Of a stretch of 64,000 nucleotides of DNA, positions 26,970 through 37,703 are shown one piece after another. How positions within the stretch are numbered: the stretch's first letter is position 1; each line of letters starts with the position of its first letter. The DNA is from Candidatus Woesearchaeota archaeon (lineage in GTDB: Archaea > Nanobdellota > Nanobdellia > SCGC-AAA011-G17 > JACPIM01), in the NCBI GenBank assembly GCA_964513145.1, contig CAZELK010000001.1, forward strand, positions 64,001-128,000, given 5' to 3'. The position numbers and the translations under genes are program-made. Under the pieces are notes generated by a model. It made no database searches, was not told where the DNA came from, and saw only the letters and a list, made by a program, of their open reading frames with translations.

Positions 26970-28406
26970 ATGAAGGTTTTAATTGCTAATCCACCATGGC
27001 CTGGACCAGGTTATGGGACAAGGAGTAATGTAAGATGGCCTCATAGAAGGGGGGACAAGGTTCTAACTTATCCAATTTATTTAGCTTATGCTACATCAAT
27101 GCTGAAACAAGACGGATTTATAACTTGGGGTGTAGATGCTGTTGACAAAGAATGGGGAATTAGTGAATTTGTGCAGAAGGTAAAAGAATTTAAGCCAAAT
27201 ATTGTTTTTATGGAAGTGTCTACGCCTTCTATAGTCTATGATTTAGAAACAGCGCAAAGAATTAAAGAAGAGGCTGGGTGCATAATTGTTTTTTGCGGTC
27301 CGCATTTAAATTTCTTTCATGAAAAGACTATAAAAGATTATAATTTTGTTGATATATGCATTAGAGATGAATTTGACATTACAATCAGGGAGATTTGCAG
27401 AGTTTTATCTGACAATAAGCCTTTGTCTTCTGTACCTGGAATTACTTACAGGGAAATGGGCAGAGTAATCGTCAATCCTTCGAAATCTTTTGACATTAAT
27501 CTGGATGAACTTCCTTTTCCAGACAGGGATGACTGGCCAATTGAAAGTTATATTCAAGGATTTTATGCTGGAAAAAAAACAGCAATGATGCTTCAAAGCA
27601 GGGGTTGTCCTGCAAGATGCACTTTTTGTATATGGCCGCAGACAATGACTGGTCATTCTCATAGAAGAAGATCACCAAAGAATGTTTGCGATGAAATTGA
27701 ATACTTAAAAAATAAATATGGTGTTGATGAGGTTTTTTTTGATGATGATACTTTTATAATTGACAAAAAAGCAGGAATTGAACTTCTTGATGAGATGATA
27801 AACAGAAAATTAAATATCCCATGGATGTGCATGTGCAGAGTAAATTCTGTTGATTCTGAAATCTTAGCAAAAATGAAGGAAGCTGGATGCACACAAGTTT
27901 ATTATGGATTTGAGTCTGGATCGCAAAAAATATTAAACTCCATTAAAAAAGGAGCTACTTTAGATCAAGCTTTTAATATTGTAAGAGAAACACAGAAATT
28001 AGGAATGTATGCTACAGGGAGTTTTATTATTGGATTGCCAGAAGACGATATGCAATCAATCAATGAAACTATTAAATTTGCAATTAAATTAAAAGCAAAT
28101 TATGTTCAGTTTGTTTTAACAGAAGCTTTGCCAGGAACTGAATTATATGATACAGTAACAAAAGAAAATCTGTTGAAAATAAATTCCTGGTCAGATTTAG
28201 ATGGGACGCATGGGAGCATGTTAAGGACTAAATATCTTACAAATAAAGAACTAAAAGGCATGCTAAGAAAATGCTACATAAAGTATTATACTGCACCAAG
28301 CATTGTTTTTGAAAATCTCAAGAAAGTAAGAAGCATGAATGATGCAAGAAAAATAGTGAGGGGAGCAAAATCAGTTTTAGCACGTATTTTATTCTACAAG
28401 GATTAA
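26970..28406 (+). CDS. B12-binding radical SAM enzyme (#2), HpnJ-like
   Basis: NPP...GTRSNVRWP N-terminus recalls the HpnJ NPP...GSRWP pattern; SRGCPARCTFC; FDDDTF; GFESGSQ. Confidence 0.88.
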   Translation: MKVLIANPPWPGPGYGTRSNVRWPHRRGDKVLTYPIYLAYATSMLKQDGFITWGVDAVDKEWGISEFVQKVKEFKPNIVFMEVSTPSIVYDLETAQRIKEEAGCIIVFCGPHLNFFHEKTIKDYNFVDICIRDEFDITIREICRVLSDNKPLSSVPGITYREMGRVIVNPSKSFDINLDELPFPDRDDWPIESYIQGFYAGKKTAMMLQSRGCPARCTFCIWPQTMTGHSHRRRSPKNVCDEIEYLKNKYGVDEVFFDDDTFIIDKKAGIELLDEMINRKLNIPWMCMCRVNSVDSEILAKMKEAGCTQVYYGFESGSQKILNSIKKGATLDQAFNIVRETQKLGMYATGSFIIGLPEDDMQSINETIKFAIKLKANYVQFVLTEALPGTELYDTVTKENLLKINSWSDLDGTHGSMLRTKYLTNKELKGMLRKCYIKYYTAPSIVFENLKKVRSMNDARKIVRGAKSVLARILFYKD

Positions 28407-28464
28407 TTTTTTTAAAATTTTAAAACATAGATTTTATAAATAGTTAGCTTGGATTTAATAATTT

Positions 28465-29643
28465 ATGGAAACTATTACTTTAGTAACTAATGAATATCCG
28501 CCTTTATCTTTTGGTGGTGGGGGAAATACTGCAAGACTTTTAGTAAAGAAACTAAAAGAAACTAACAATAAAATAAATTTAGTTACTGTAAAGTTTGGGA
28601 AATATTCTTCTCTTCCCGAAGTAGAAGAAGACGGCAATTTGACTATTTACAGAATAAACATGGATAATATTTTGTTGAATAAAATTTACAAACCACATTT
28701 AGCGTTATTTGCCAAAATACCTTTTTTTTCCAGATCACATAAGAAATTATTTAATGAAAGCGACTTAATTCATGTGCTGAGTTTTAGGGATGCTGCTTTT
28801 TTACCCAAATTTAACAAGAAATTAGTTGTCAATGTAAATGACCATTATGCTGCTTTAGTCGAATTAAATCCTTTTAAATATCCTTATCCTGGCGGGGGAA
28901 AATTTAGAAAATACTTGAATTACAGGTTTTTTAGAATTTTAGATAAATTATCTTTGGACAAATGCGATTTTTTTGCAACAAATGCAGAATATGTAAAAAG
29001 AACTGTTTCAAATGAATATAATATTGATCCGAACAAAGGCAAGTGTGTTCACAAAGGGGTTGATGTTTCAGAATTTAAAGGAGAATTTGAAAAAGACATT
29101 GATATTTTATTTATAGGCTCGAGATTTATAGAAAAGGGAGCTATTGATTTAATAAATGCAGTAGAGAAATTAAAAAAAGACTATCCAAAATTAAAATGCG
29201 TTATGATAGGGGGCGGATCTAAGATTGATATTGATTATGATGCTTACATTAAATCTTTAGGTTTAAGTGAAAACATAGAAATTAAACCTTTTTTAGACAA
29301 TAAAGAAGTTATAAAATACCATTTAAGATCTAAAATACATATCTTGCCGACTAAAATAGAAGCATTAGCACAAGTAATGCTTGAAGCAATGGCAGCAAAG
29401 GTACCAGTTATTGCAACTGATGTCGGAGGAAATTCTGAAGCGATTACACATGGAGAGAATGGGTTTTTAATTAAAGTAGGTGATGTAGATGGAATTGTCA
29501 AATATGCTAAAGTTTTACTAGATGACAGCAAATTAAGAAAAAAAATGGGACTAAATGGGTTTAATAAGGTACTAAATCATTTTAATGTAGAAAGAATGGT
29601 AAATGACTATGTACAAATTTATAATAATTTATTAAACAAATGA
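28465..29643 (+). CDS. Glycosyltransferase family 4
   Basis: NEYPP..GGG, EKG, EALAQVMLEAMA, TDVGG. Confidence 0.9.
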   Translation: METITLVTNEYPPLSFGGGGNTARLLVKKLKETNNKINLVTVKFGKYSSLPEVEEDGNLTIYRINMDNILLNKIYKPHLALFAKIPFFSRSHKKLFNESDLIHVLSFRDAAFLPKFNKKLVVNVNDHYAALVELNPFKYPYPGGGKFRKYLNYRFFRILDKLSLDKCDFFATNAEYVKRTVSNEYNIDPNKGKCVHKGVDVSEFKGEFEKDIDILFIGSRFIEKGAIDLINAVEKLKKDYPKLKCVMIGGGSKIDIDYDAYIKSLGLSENIEIKPFLDNKEVIKYHLRSKIHILPTKIEALAQVMLEAMAAKVPVIATDVGGNSEAITHGENGFLIKVGDVDGIVKYAKVLLDDSKLRKKMGLNGFNKVLNHFNVERMVNDYVQIYNNLLNK

Positions 29644-29644
29644 C

Positions 29645-30544
29645 ATGATAAATATTTTTTATATATTAATTATTTTGGTAATTAATTTAATTAGTGCTGT
29701 TTTTTTTAGCCTGAGATATAGATATGTTTTAAATTATCTTGGGGAACATATTAAAGCGACTAGCGCATTTCTTATTTTTTGTTTATCAGGAACTATAAAT
29801 TATTTAATTCCATTTAAAGGCGGGATTTTTGTTGGAGGACCAACTGCTGCAAAGTTAAAAGAGAACATAAGTGTAGAAAAAAGTTCTATAGTACTTATTT
29901 TTGAACAATTATTTGAGGCTATATGGCAATTGATTTTTATTATTTTCTTCTTTATTTTTGCAGGCAATAAAATTTTTAAAAATCACCCATTATTTAACAT
30001 TATCTTTTTAAGTATTATGCTAATTATTATTCTTTATTTTGTGTTTAGACATGACAAGTTACTTAATATATTAATTAAAATTCATGTCTTTCTTCCAAAA
30101 AAATTAAAAAATTTTATCAATAAAATCGGGATAAAAAAGGAGAATACAAGCGAAGCATTTAAGAATTTAAAATTGTTATTTACAAAAAAAAGTTTTCTTT
30201 TAAATTACAGCTTAAGAACTGTTTTCCTCATTTTTTTTACACCTTTAAATTTACTTTTTATTTTAATGGCTTTCTCTTATTATTTTTCTTATTTAGATAT
30301 TATAATTATGTTTTGGACTAGCTTTATTTTAGGAAAGTTAAGCGGTTTACCAGGGGGTTTAGGATTAAGAGATTTGGCAATAGGGGCTTTTTTAGTAAAT
30401 TTAGGCATATCAACTACTTTAACTGTCCAAATTGTATTTCTTCACAGAATTTTGAGTTTATTTCCAGTAATACCAGTAGGCGGTACTTTACTGATATATT
30501 TAAGCAAGGGAAAATTAACAGAATTTTATAAAAGATTTTTGTAA
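29645..30544 (+). CDS. Lysylphosphatidylglycerol-synthase TM domain/UPF0104 putative flippase
   Basis: Multi-TM; NYLIPFKGG, LPGGLGLRD, HR. Confidence 0.8.
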   Translation: MINIFYILIILVINLISAVFFSLRYRYVLNYLGEHIKATSAFLIFCLSGTINYLIPFKGGIFVGGPTAAKLKENISVEKSSIVLIFEQLFEAIWQLIFIIFFFIFAGNKIFKNHPLFNIIFLSIMLIIILYFVFRHDKLLNILIKIHVFLPKKLKNFINKIGIKKENTSEAFKNLKLLFTKKSFLLNYSLRTVFLIFFTPLNLLFILMAFSYYFSYLDIIIMFWTSFILGKLSGLPGGLGLRDLAIGAFLVNLGISTTLTVQIVFLHRILSLFPVIPVGGTLLIYLSKGKLTEFYKRFL

Positions 30545-30552
30545 AGCAATTT

Positions 30553-31236
30553 CTATTTATCTGCAATTACATAATATCCGCGACAATATATTTCCTGGGG
30601 GGTAAATCTGTCTAATTTTACCAATAGATATGCCAAAGGATAAAATAAAACCCTTATTATAAAACCAATATCTTTTAATGGGGCAGTAGATTCATTAAAC
30701 ATTTTAACTAAAATAGAAAAGAAACCACCAGCTGGAATAATTTTTACATTCTTGTATTTTCTGAAAAGGTGTTTTAGTCCATCTTCTGTAAATCTCCAAT
30801 AATCTCCATAAGTTGCATGAACTCTATATATAAATGGCACCCAATGTATGGTTCGACCCCCCCCCATTAATGCAATATAACATTGATCTATAACTTTCTG
30901 TGGTTCTTTTATATGCTCCAATAATCCGAGACTAATTATAACATTAAACTTTTTCTTTAAATTACATTTCTCTGCAAACTCATGAGCATCTGCTATGTAG
31001 TCTGGATTTCTACTTGGGTCTATATCCAATGTAAAATAATTTTTACTTAATTTTGTTTTAAATGTTTTATTTATCCCAACTGAACAACCAATATCAAGGA
31101 CAAAATCATCTTCCTTAATATAATTTGGAAAAAACTTTGCCGGGATTATTTCTCTTGGAGGCAACCAGGTAGAGTAGAAAAGCCTTCCTAATCTTCCATT
31201 CATTCGCTTGTCAAAATATTTATTTCCCCTATCCAT
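30553..31236 (-). CDS. Class I SAM-dependent methyltransferase
   Basis: VLDIGC, LLEHI, DYWRFT. Confidence 0.87.
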   Translation of the reverse strand: MDRGNKYFDKRMNGRLGRLFYSTWLPPREIIPAKFFPNYIKEDDFVLDIGCSVGINKTFKTKLSKNYFTLDIDPSRNPDYIADAHEFAEKCNLKKKFNVIISLGLLEHIKEPQKVIDQCYIALMGGGRTIHWVPFIYRVHATYGDYWRFTEDGLKHLFRKYKNVKIIPAGGFFSILVKMFNESTAPLKDIGFIIRVLFYPLAYLLVKLDRFTPQEIYCRGYYVIADK

Positions 31237-31263
31237 TTTTTTTAACGAAAGATTAATTTTTAA

Positions 31264-32703
31264 TTAAATTTTATTGTTTACAACTGTTTTTTTAAAATAC
31301 ATAGTTCCCTGTCTTGCATAACGTTTTACATCTTCAATAGTCCTTACTTTCTTAACCAAAGCATTTAGGATATATTTCGGTCTGAAGTAAAATTCTCTAT
31401 ATGCTTCTTTTTGTGCTTTTTGGAGCCATTTTCTATCCACTCCTTTTGGTGAATATACTGGGTTACTTGCATGACCAGACATGTTATTAAAATCTTCTGC
31501 AAAAAACTGCCCGCCGCTTTCAATTGCAAAATTATAAAACTCAGTTCCTGGATATGGAACTGGGAGATTGAATTGAACTCCATCTAATGGCAAGCTCTTT
31601 GCAAAATCTATTGTTTCTTTAATTGTTTCTTCTGTATCTGTGGGCAGACCTAACATAAAATATCCCTTTGTAAATATCCCGCTTTTTTGGCATTCTTTTA
31701 AAACTGCTCTTACATTTTCCAGACTTTGAATCTTAGTTGCCTGATTATTTTTTAGAATGTTGATATTTCCGCTTTCCAATCCAAAGCCAATATACCAGCA
31801 TCCTGCTTTGGCCATTTTTGGTATTAATTTTAAACCATTTCCACATAAACTAGCAATTGTTACACCAGCGCATGACCAAGTTATGTCAAGCTTATTTTCA
31901 ATAATCAAGTCACATATTTTTTCAACCCTAGGATTTAAAATTGCAAAATTTTCATCAGTTATATAAAATTCCTTTATTCCAAATCTTTCTCTTAAATATT
32001 TTAATGAATTAAAAACATATTCTGCAGAATTATATCTGTAACCTGAAATTCTAGATGAACAGAATAGACAAGTATGAGGACAGCCACGGGACGTGTTAAT
32101 ACTTATCATAGGCAATCTTTTATATCTAAATGCCGGCTTGTACATTTTTATTGCTGGCAATAAATCAAAAGCTGGTGGGGGCAGTTTATCCAAATCTTCC
32201 AATAATTCTCTTGGATGTGTACATTTAATCTGTTTTTTGTCCCTATATGCTATGCCTCTAATTTTTGACAATGATTTCTTTTCTTTCATGGCGTTTACTA
32301 CATCCAACATTGTAAATTCAGCTTCACCACGCATTACTATGTCTATTTCTTTATTTTCTTTTAATATATTTGAATAATTATCGCTAGCATATGGACCGCC
32401 AATAATTATTGTTGTTTTGTTATTTAATTTTTTAATCATAGTGCTTACTTCAATTGTAGTATTGTGAAGAACAGGAGAAATGCAACCTATGCCTACGATA
32501 TCTGGCTTTGATATTTCTAATTTTTCCTTTAGCTGGTCTTTATTTATTTTTAATACAGGACAATCTATAATTTCTACTTCGTATTTTCCTACATCTCTTA
32601 ATACAGAAGCGATGTAACAAAGTCCTAAAGGTGGGTATACAGATGTATTACCTTGCCACCTAAGGTCGAATGTTAATGGCAAATTTATAAGACTTATTTT
32701 CAT
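31264..32703 (-). CDS. B12-binding radical SAM enzyme (#3)
   Basis: PPLGLCYIA, IGGPY, SRGCPHTCLFC, GLESG. Confidence 0.9.
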   Translation of the reverse strand: MKISLINLPLTFDLRWQGNTSVYPPLGLCYIASVLRDVGKYEVEIIDCPVLKINKDQLKEKLEISKPDIVGIGCISPVLHNTTIEVSTMIKKLNNKTTIIIGGPYASDNYSNILKENKEIDIVMRGEAEFTMLDVVNAMKEKKSLSKIRGIAYRDKKQIKCTHPRELLEDLDKLPPPAFDLLPAIKMYKPAFRYKRLPMISINTSRGCPHTCLFCSSRISGYRYNSAEYVFNSLKYLRERFGIKEFYITDENFAILNPRVEKICDLIIENKLDITWSCAGVTIASLCGNGLKLIPKMAKAGCWYIGFGLESGNINILKNNQATKIQSLENVRAVLKECQKSGIFTKGYFMLGLPTDTEETIKETIDFAKSLPLDGVQFNLPVPYPGTEFYNFAIESGGQFFAEDFNNMSGHASNPVYSPKGVDRKWLQKAQKEAYREFYFRPKYILNALVKKVRTIEDVKRYARQGTMYFKKTVVNNKI

Positions 32704-32865
32704 TTTAAAATTTTAAGACTAAACGTCCCTCTTTGATTTTTTATATAAGTTGCATATTTAAAGTTTCCTCTGATTCTTAAATACATTTCCTTGTAATTTA
32801 GCAATATTTATATTATGGATAATCTATGTTCGCTGTATGTTAAATTAATTTTTTCTTAAGAAGGG

Positions 32866-34677
32866 TTGTTATTTATGATTAATGATCAAAAATGGAAAAA
32901 AAGATTTCAAGCTTTTAAGCTCGCACTTAGCTGGACTTATAAGGCTTCAAAGACTTTAACTATTTTAATAATTTTAATTTCTATTTTTGGGGGTTTATTG
33001 TCTATTATTGAACCTTATATATTCAAATTAGTGATAGATTCTTTAACAACAGATTTATCTAATAAAGCTAAATTGGGTTTTGGGTTATTTGGCATATTTG
33101 TACTTTATGCACTTATCAGAATTTTAGAAAATATTTTCTGGGATATTGCAAATTTAATAAAAAGGGCGCATTCTTACAGAAATGAAGAAAATACACATTA
33201 TAATATTATGAAACATATTTCTTCATTAGATGTAGTTTATTTTGAAGACCCGAATTATTATAATACTTTATCCAGGGCTACATCAAATATCTGGAGAGTA
33301 ATAGAAGTTTTTTGGTCTATGACTTTTTTAACAAATAATTTTGTCAGTGTTTTCGTTATCATAAGCGCGTTAATTTTTTTTGACTGGAGAATTATTTTAA
33401 TAGTTACTTTGAGTGCAATACCGAGCATAATTTTGGCACTAAATACATCTGAGTTAATATGGAGTGCATTTACTGAAAGCTCACCAATTTCAAGACATGC
33501 TTATTACTATAAATCTTTATTGACTGAACAACCTGATGCTATTAAAGAGATAAGGTCATTTGGACTGAAAGAACATTTTCTAAAAAGATTTAAAAATTTG
33601 TTCGGGACTTTCATAACAAAACAAAATAATGTAGCCAAAAGACAACTTAAATGGTATTTTATTATTTCAATTGTTGAGGGGTCATGTTCGGTTTTAGCAG
33701 CTTATTTGGTTGTTCAATCTTATTTTGATGGAAAAATTTCTCTAGGGACTTTAACTTTTTACTGGGCCTTATTGTTTCAATTTGCAGAACACGTAAGATG
33801 GCTGGTAAGACTTTTAAGTGATATAAATACACATGCAACTTTTTTAACACCTTTAATTGATGTTTTAAATTTTAAGTCTACTATTATTGAACCTGAGAAA
33901 CCCAAGAAATTTCCTTCTAAAATTGAATACGGAATTGAATTTAGAAATGTTACTTTTTATTATCCAAGATCAAAGAAACCAGCTTTAGAAAAAATAAATT
34001 TATTTATTAGACCTAAAGAAAGTATTGCTTTAGTTGGGGAAAATGGATCTGGCAAAACTACTTTAATAAAATTATTATCCAGACTTTATGATGTTAAAGA
34101 TGGGGAGATTTTAATTGATGGAGTTAATATCAAGGAATTTAAATTAGATGATTTATACAGACATATAGGTGCAATATTTCAAGACTTTATGAAATATGAA
34201 GCTTTAATTGAAGAAAATATTGGTTTTGGAAGACTAAAAAATAAAAATAAACAAGATATACATGCCTCTGCTGTTAAAACTGGGGCTTGGGAGTTTATTA
34301 AGAAATTTGAAGAACAGTATAAGACACAATTAGGAAAACGGTTGAAGGATGAAGGAGTAGAATTGTCTGTTGGTCAATGGCAAAAAATAGCTTTAGCAAG
34401 GGCTTTATTTAGAAATGCAGATATATTAATTTTAGATGAACCTACTTCAGCAGTAGATGCAAAAGCAGAATATAAATTATTCAGAAGATTTAAAGAAATA
34501 ACTAAAAACAATATTGCTATTTTAATCTCTCACAGGTTCTCAACTGTTAGAATGGCTAATGAAATAATTGTAATGCACAATGGAAAAATAATTGAAAAAG
34601 GAAGCCATAAACATTTGTTAAAGAAGAATGGGCATTATTCTAAATTGTTTAGATTACAAGCAAAAGGTTATGAATAA
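32866..34677 (+). CDS. ABC exporter half-transporter (TMD plus NBD)
   Basis: N-terminal TM helices; GENGSGKT, LSVGQWQK, ILILDE, ISHR; ATG 32875 is the more likely start. Confidence 0.92.
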   Translation: MLFMINDQKWKKRFQAFKLALSWTYKASKTLTILIILISIFGGLLSIIEPYIFKLVIDSLTTDLSNKAKLGFGLFGIFVLYALIRILENIFWDIANLIKRAHSYRNEENTHYNIMKHISSLDVVYFEDPNYYNTLSRATSNIWRVIEVFWSMTFLTNNFVSVFVIISALIFFDWRIILIVTLSAIPSIILALNTSELIWSAFTESSPISRHAYYYKSLLTEQPDAIKEIRSFGLKEHFLKRFKNLFGTFITKQNNVAKRQLKWYFIISIVEGSCSVLAAYLVVQSYFDGKISLGTLTFYWALLFQFAEHVRWLVRLLSDINTHATFLTPLIDVLNFKSTIIEPEKPKKFPSKIEYGIEFRNVTFYYPRSKKPALEKINLFIRPKESIALVGENGSGKTTLIKLLSRLYDVKDGEILIDGVNIKEFKLDDLYRHIGAIFQDFMKYEALIEENIGFGRLKNKNKQDIHASAVKTGAWEFIKKFEEQYKTQLGKRLKDEGVELSVGQWQKIALARALFRNADILILDEPTSAVDAKAEYKLFRRFKEITKNNIAILISHRFSTVRMANEIIVMHNGKIIEKGSHKHLLKKNGHYSKLFRLQAKGYE

Positions 34678-34717
34678 TTAGGAAAGTTTTATAATTTATC
34701 TTTTTATAAGTGAATTT

Positions 34718-35464
34718 ATGAAAACACCAGGAATTTTAGTTTTAAAGCAAACTCTTGGATATGAGAGATGCAGACTTGTAAGGAAGACTGTATCTGGGGG
34801 TAAGGTTTTGGATATAGGCTGCGGAACAGGCCATAATTTAATATTGATTTCTAAAAAAATAAATCACGGCTTGGGAATAGATATTGGCGAGGATAGATTG
34901 GAAATTGCAAGAAGAGTTGCTGAACTGAATAATTTAAAAAATTTAAGTTTTGAAAACAAATCAGCTTTAAGAAATGATTTAAAAAAAGAGTCTTTTGACT
35001 GGATAATTTGCACTGAAGTTATAGAACATTTAAAAGATGATGATCTTCTTTTGGACAATATGACGAAATGGCTCAATGTCAATGGAAAATTAATAATTAC
35101 TACACCAGCAAAGAAAATGTTTACTATAATAAACCAAAAATTAAGGGATTTTGTAGGTGAGCCTGATCATGTCAGGTCAGGATATACAATAAAAGAATTA
35201 ACTGAAAAACTAGAAAAAAGAAATTTTACTGTTGAATATGCTGAATACTATGGGCAGTTTTTTTCCACTTTTATACATTATATGTCATCTTTTTTTGCAA
35301 AAAATAAAGACGTGAAAATAGAAAAAGGAGAACCAAAATTATTTATTTACAATTTATATAAAATTATTTGGCCGTTATTATTTTTAATTTCCAGATTAGA
35401 CTATTTTGTTCCCAGAAAAACAGAAGGCGGATTTATTTTTTTAGTAGCTAAGAAATTAAAATAA
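34718..35464 (+). CDS. Class I SAM-dependent methyltransferase
   Basis: VLDIGCGTG, EVIEH, LIITTP. Confidence 0.9.
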   Translation: MKTPGILVLKQTLGYERCRLVRKTVSGGKVLDIGCGTGHNLILISKKINHGLGIDIGEDRLEIARRVAELNNLKNLSFENKSALRNDLKKESFDWIICTEVIEHLKDDDLLLDNMTKWLNVNGKLIITTPAKKMFTIINQKLRDFVGEPDHVRSGYTIKELTEKLEKRNFTVEYAEYYGQFFSTFIHYMSSFFAKNKDVKIEKGEPKLFIYNLYKIIWPLLFLISRLDYFVPRKTEGGFIFLVAKKLK

Positions 35465-37051
35465 TTATTCTGTGATCATTGGCTGAATCACTTTATTCTC
35501 TTGGGTAATTTTCACGTTAATTTCTGATGGTTCTGATTTAGGCTTATTTTTTATTTTTTTTCTATAATATTTCTCCAATATTTTAATTTCATAGAATTTA
35601 TCATAAATTCCCAAAGTCCATCTTAATTTGCACCAGAAAGCAAATGCATAAATAAATAATTTTGGCGCTTTTATTGCATTAGCGCTAGAAACATATCTGT
35701 CCCTAATTTGTTTCCAGTTATTTGATGCAAATTTTGTATATAACAGCAAATAATCTACAAAAACAGGATCTTCAATCCATGGAAAGAATTTAGATGTAGG
35801 AGAGAATTCCATTTCAGAATATAATCTTGGCCAATCTTCTAGTTTTTGAGGTGATTTCCATCCTAATCTAACAGCATCATTAAACATTTCTCCACCAGGA
35901 TAAGGTCTGTAAGGCTGGGGGCCAAGAATATTTGAATTAGGATTTAATTTCTTAATTTTTTTAATAACTTTTATTGTTTCTATCATTTCTTTTTTTGTCT
36001 CAAAAGGCAGACCTATCATGAATGAGTATAAACCTCTTATGCCATATTTTTGCAAAGTTTTAGCAGTTATTAAAATGTCTTCAACAGTTCCATCCTTGTG
36101 CATTAAATCCAGCATTCTTTGGCTACCGCTTTCAGCACCAATATTTATTTCTTCGCAATTAGTTTTGTTCATTAAATCCAGGACTTCTTCATCCATTAAC
36201 CCTCTTCTGAAATAATCTGCCTTGCTATTTGCCTGCCATTGTATCTTGACATTATTTGCAATTAATCCTTTTAGTATTGCCTTGACTCTTGGAATACTTA
36301 CGAAAAATAATTCATCCCTAATTCTTATTTTAGAAATTCCTAAATTATGATAAACATTTGATAATTCATTTACTACTTTTTCGGGAGATTTCCCACGCCA
36401 TCTATTTTGCGTAACAACATTTATACAAAAAGAACATCTGTGAGGACAACCCCTGCTTGTTGATACTGGGAAATACATTTGTGTATTATTTGACCTGAAT
36501 CTTTCAAGCATTTCTTCATCTATCAAGCTCCAGTCAGGAGAAGGCATTTTGTCTACATCTATTAAAGGCTGGGGCGGATTAATTACTAATTTTCCATCTT
36601 TTTTATAACCCAGACCCAAAATCTTTTCATAAGATTTTTTATTTTTTAGAGCCATATATAAATTGTATAATGGTTCCTCGCCTTCACCTTTAATAATAAA
36701 ATCTACATATTTATGCTCCAGGGTTTGTTCTGCATATAAAGTTGCGTTAGGACCACCCCAAACAAATTTGACTTTTGGATTTACAGATTTTATTGCTTCA
36801 GTAATTTCAAATGCAGAAGCAATCTGGGCATTCATTACACCCAAGCCAACTAAAATTACATCCTTTCCCAATTCTTTTATATAATCAATATAATCTGATT
36901 TAACAGAGCAGTCAGCTAATTTAACTTTGATACCTTTAGAAATTAAATATGAACCTACTTCAACTAAATCAGGGGGTATATTTTGAAAAAATTCGAATCC
37001 TTTCTGATTAAAACTCGGATTTATAAGCAAGACGTCAAAACTTTTTTCCAT
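35465..37051 (-). CDS. B12-binding radical SAM enzyme (#4)
   Basis: WGGPNAT, SRGCPHRCSFC, GAESGSQ, PYPG. Confidence 0.9.
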   Translation of the reverse strand: MEKSFDVLLINPSFNQKGFEFFQNIPPDLVEVGSYLISKGIKVKLADCSVKSDYIDYIKELGKDVILVGLGVMNAQIASAFEITEAIKSVNPKVKFVWGGPNATLYAEQTLEHKYVDFIIKGEGEEPLYNLYMALKNKKSYEKILGLGYKKDGKLVINPPQPLIDVDKMPSPDWSLIDEEMLERFRSNNTQMYFPVSTSRGCPHRCSFCINVVTQNRWRGKSPEKVVNELSNVYHNLGISKIRIRDELFFVSIPRVKAILKGLIANNVKIQWQANSKADYFRRGLMDEEVLDLMNKTNCEEINIGAESGSQRMLDLMHKDGTVEDILITAKTLQKYGIRGLYSFMIGLPFETKKEMIETIKVIKKIKKLNPNSNILGPQPYRPYPGGEMFNDAVRLGWKSPQKLEDWPRLYSEMEFSPTSKFFPWIEDPVFVDYLLLYTKFASNNWKQIRDRYVSSANAIKAPKLFIYAFAFWCKLRWTLGIYDKFYEIKILEKYYRKKIKNKPKSEPSEINVKITQENKVIQPMITE

Positions 37052-37111
37052 TAGCTATAGTTAAGCTGACTTATTTAAATATTTTTTGTTATTGTTTTTT
37101 GGTAAAATTAA

Positions 37112-37699
37112 CTACTTTTCAGCATAAACCACGAAACCACAAGGAATCCTTGTTTTTTTAGATTTAATCATGGCTATTAAAGGATTAAAAAAATTTAACA
37201 CTAATTTAATAATGCCTATGTTTAACAACTGCCATATTGACTGGAGCTTGTTACCATGATGGTAAATTTCAACTTTTTTAAAATCTTTAAACAACAATTT
37301 TAATGAATCTTGAGTAAATCTATAATAATCTTTTGGGTTTGGATGAAAATGTTCAATAAATGGTGCTGATAAAATGCAAACTCCGCCATTTTTTAATACC
37401 CTATAAATTTCATTTATTGTTTTTTCCGGATTTTCAAGATGTTCAATAAGGTGGGTTGCTATTACTGCATCAAAATAACTTGAATTATAAGAACATTTGA
37501 AATTATCTTTCCCTTTAAGATCCAGCTTTATTAATTTTGTATTTGGCATATTTATTTTTTCTAGGCTTATGTCCAATACAATGCCTGGCTTTAATTTTTT
37601 GAACTGTTTTTTAAGCAAAGAGTTTAAACCTAATCTGTAAACAGAGGGAATTTTTAATTGTGGAAGAAATTTTGCTATATGTTCGAAAGATTTTTCCAT
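37112..37699 (-). CDS. Methyltransferase type 11-like protein (SAM motif I degenerate)
   Basis: HLIEHLENP, RVLKNGG, DYYRFT; VLDISL in place of VLDxG. Confidence 0.75.
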   Translation of the reverse strand: MEKSFEHIAKFLPQLKIPSVYRLGLNSLLKKQFKKLKPGIVLDISLEKINMPNTKLIKLDLKGKDNFKCSYNSSYFDAVIATHLIEHLENPEKTINEIYRVLKNGGVCILSAPFIEHFHPNPKDYYRFTQDSLKLLFKDFKKVEIYHHGNKLQSIWQLLNIGIIKLVLNFFNPLIAMIKSKKTRIPCGFVVYAEK

Positions 37700-37703
37700 T
37701 TGT

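Noticed and set aside
30850-30866. GGTTCGA resembling a tRNA T-loop
   Set aside because: It lies inside a methyltransferase CDS and has no cloverleaf or acceptor stem.
20100-34677. Lasso peptide/RiPP cluster (AsnB-like cyclase, SPASM rSAM, ABC exporter)
   Set aside because: AsnB keeps a full Ntn glutaminase domain (MCGI); no B1/B2 (RRE or peptidase) genes or convincing precursor were seen; the context is dominated by glycosyltransferases.
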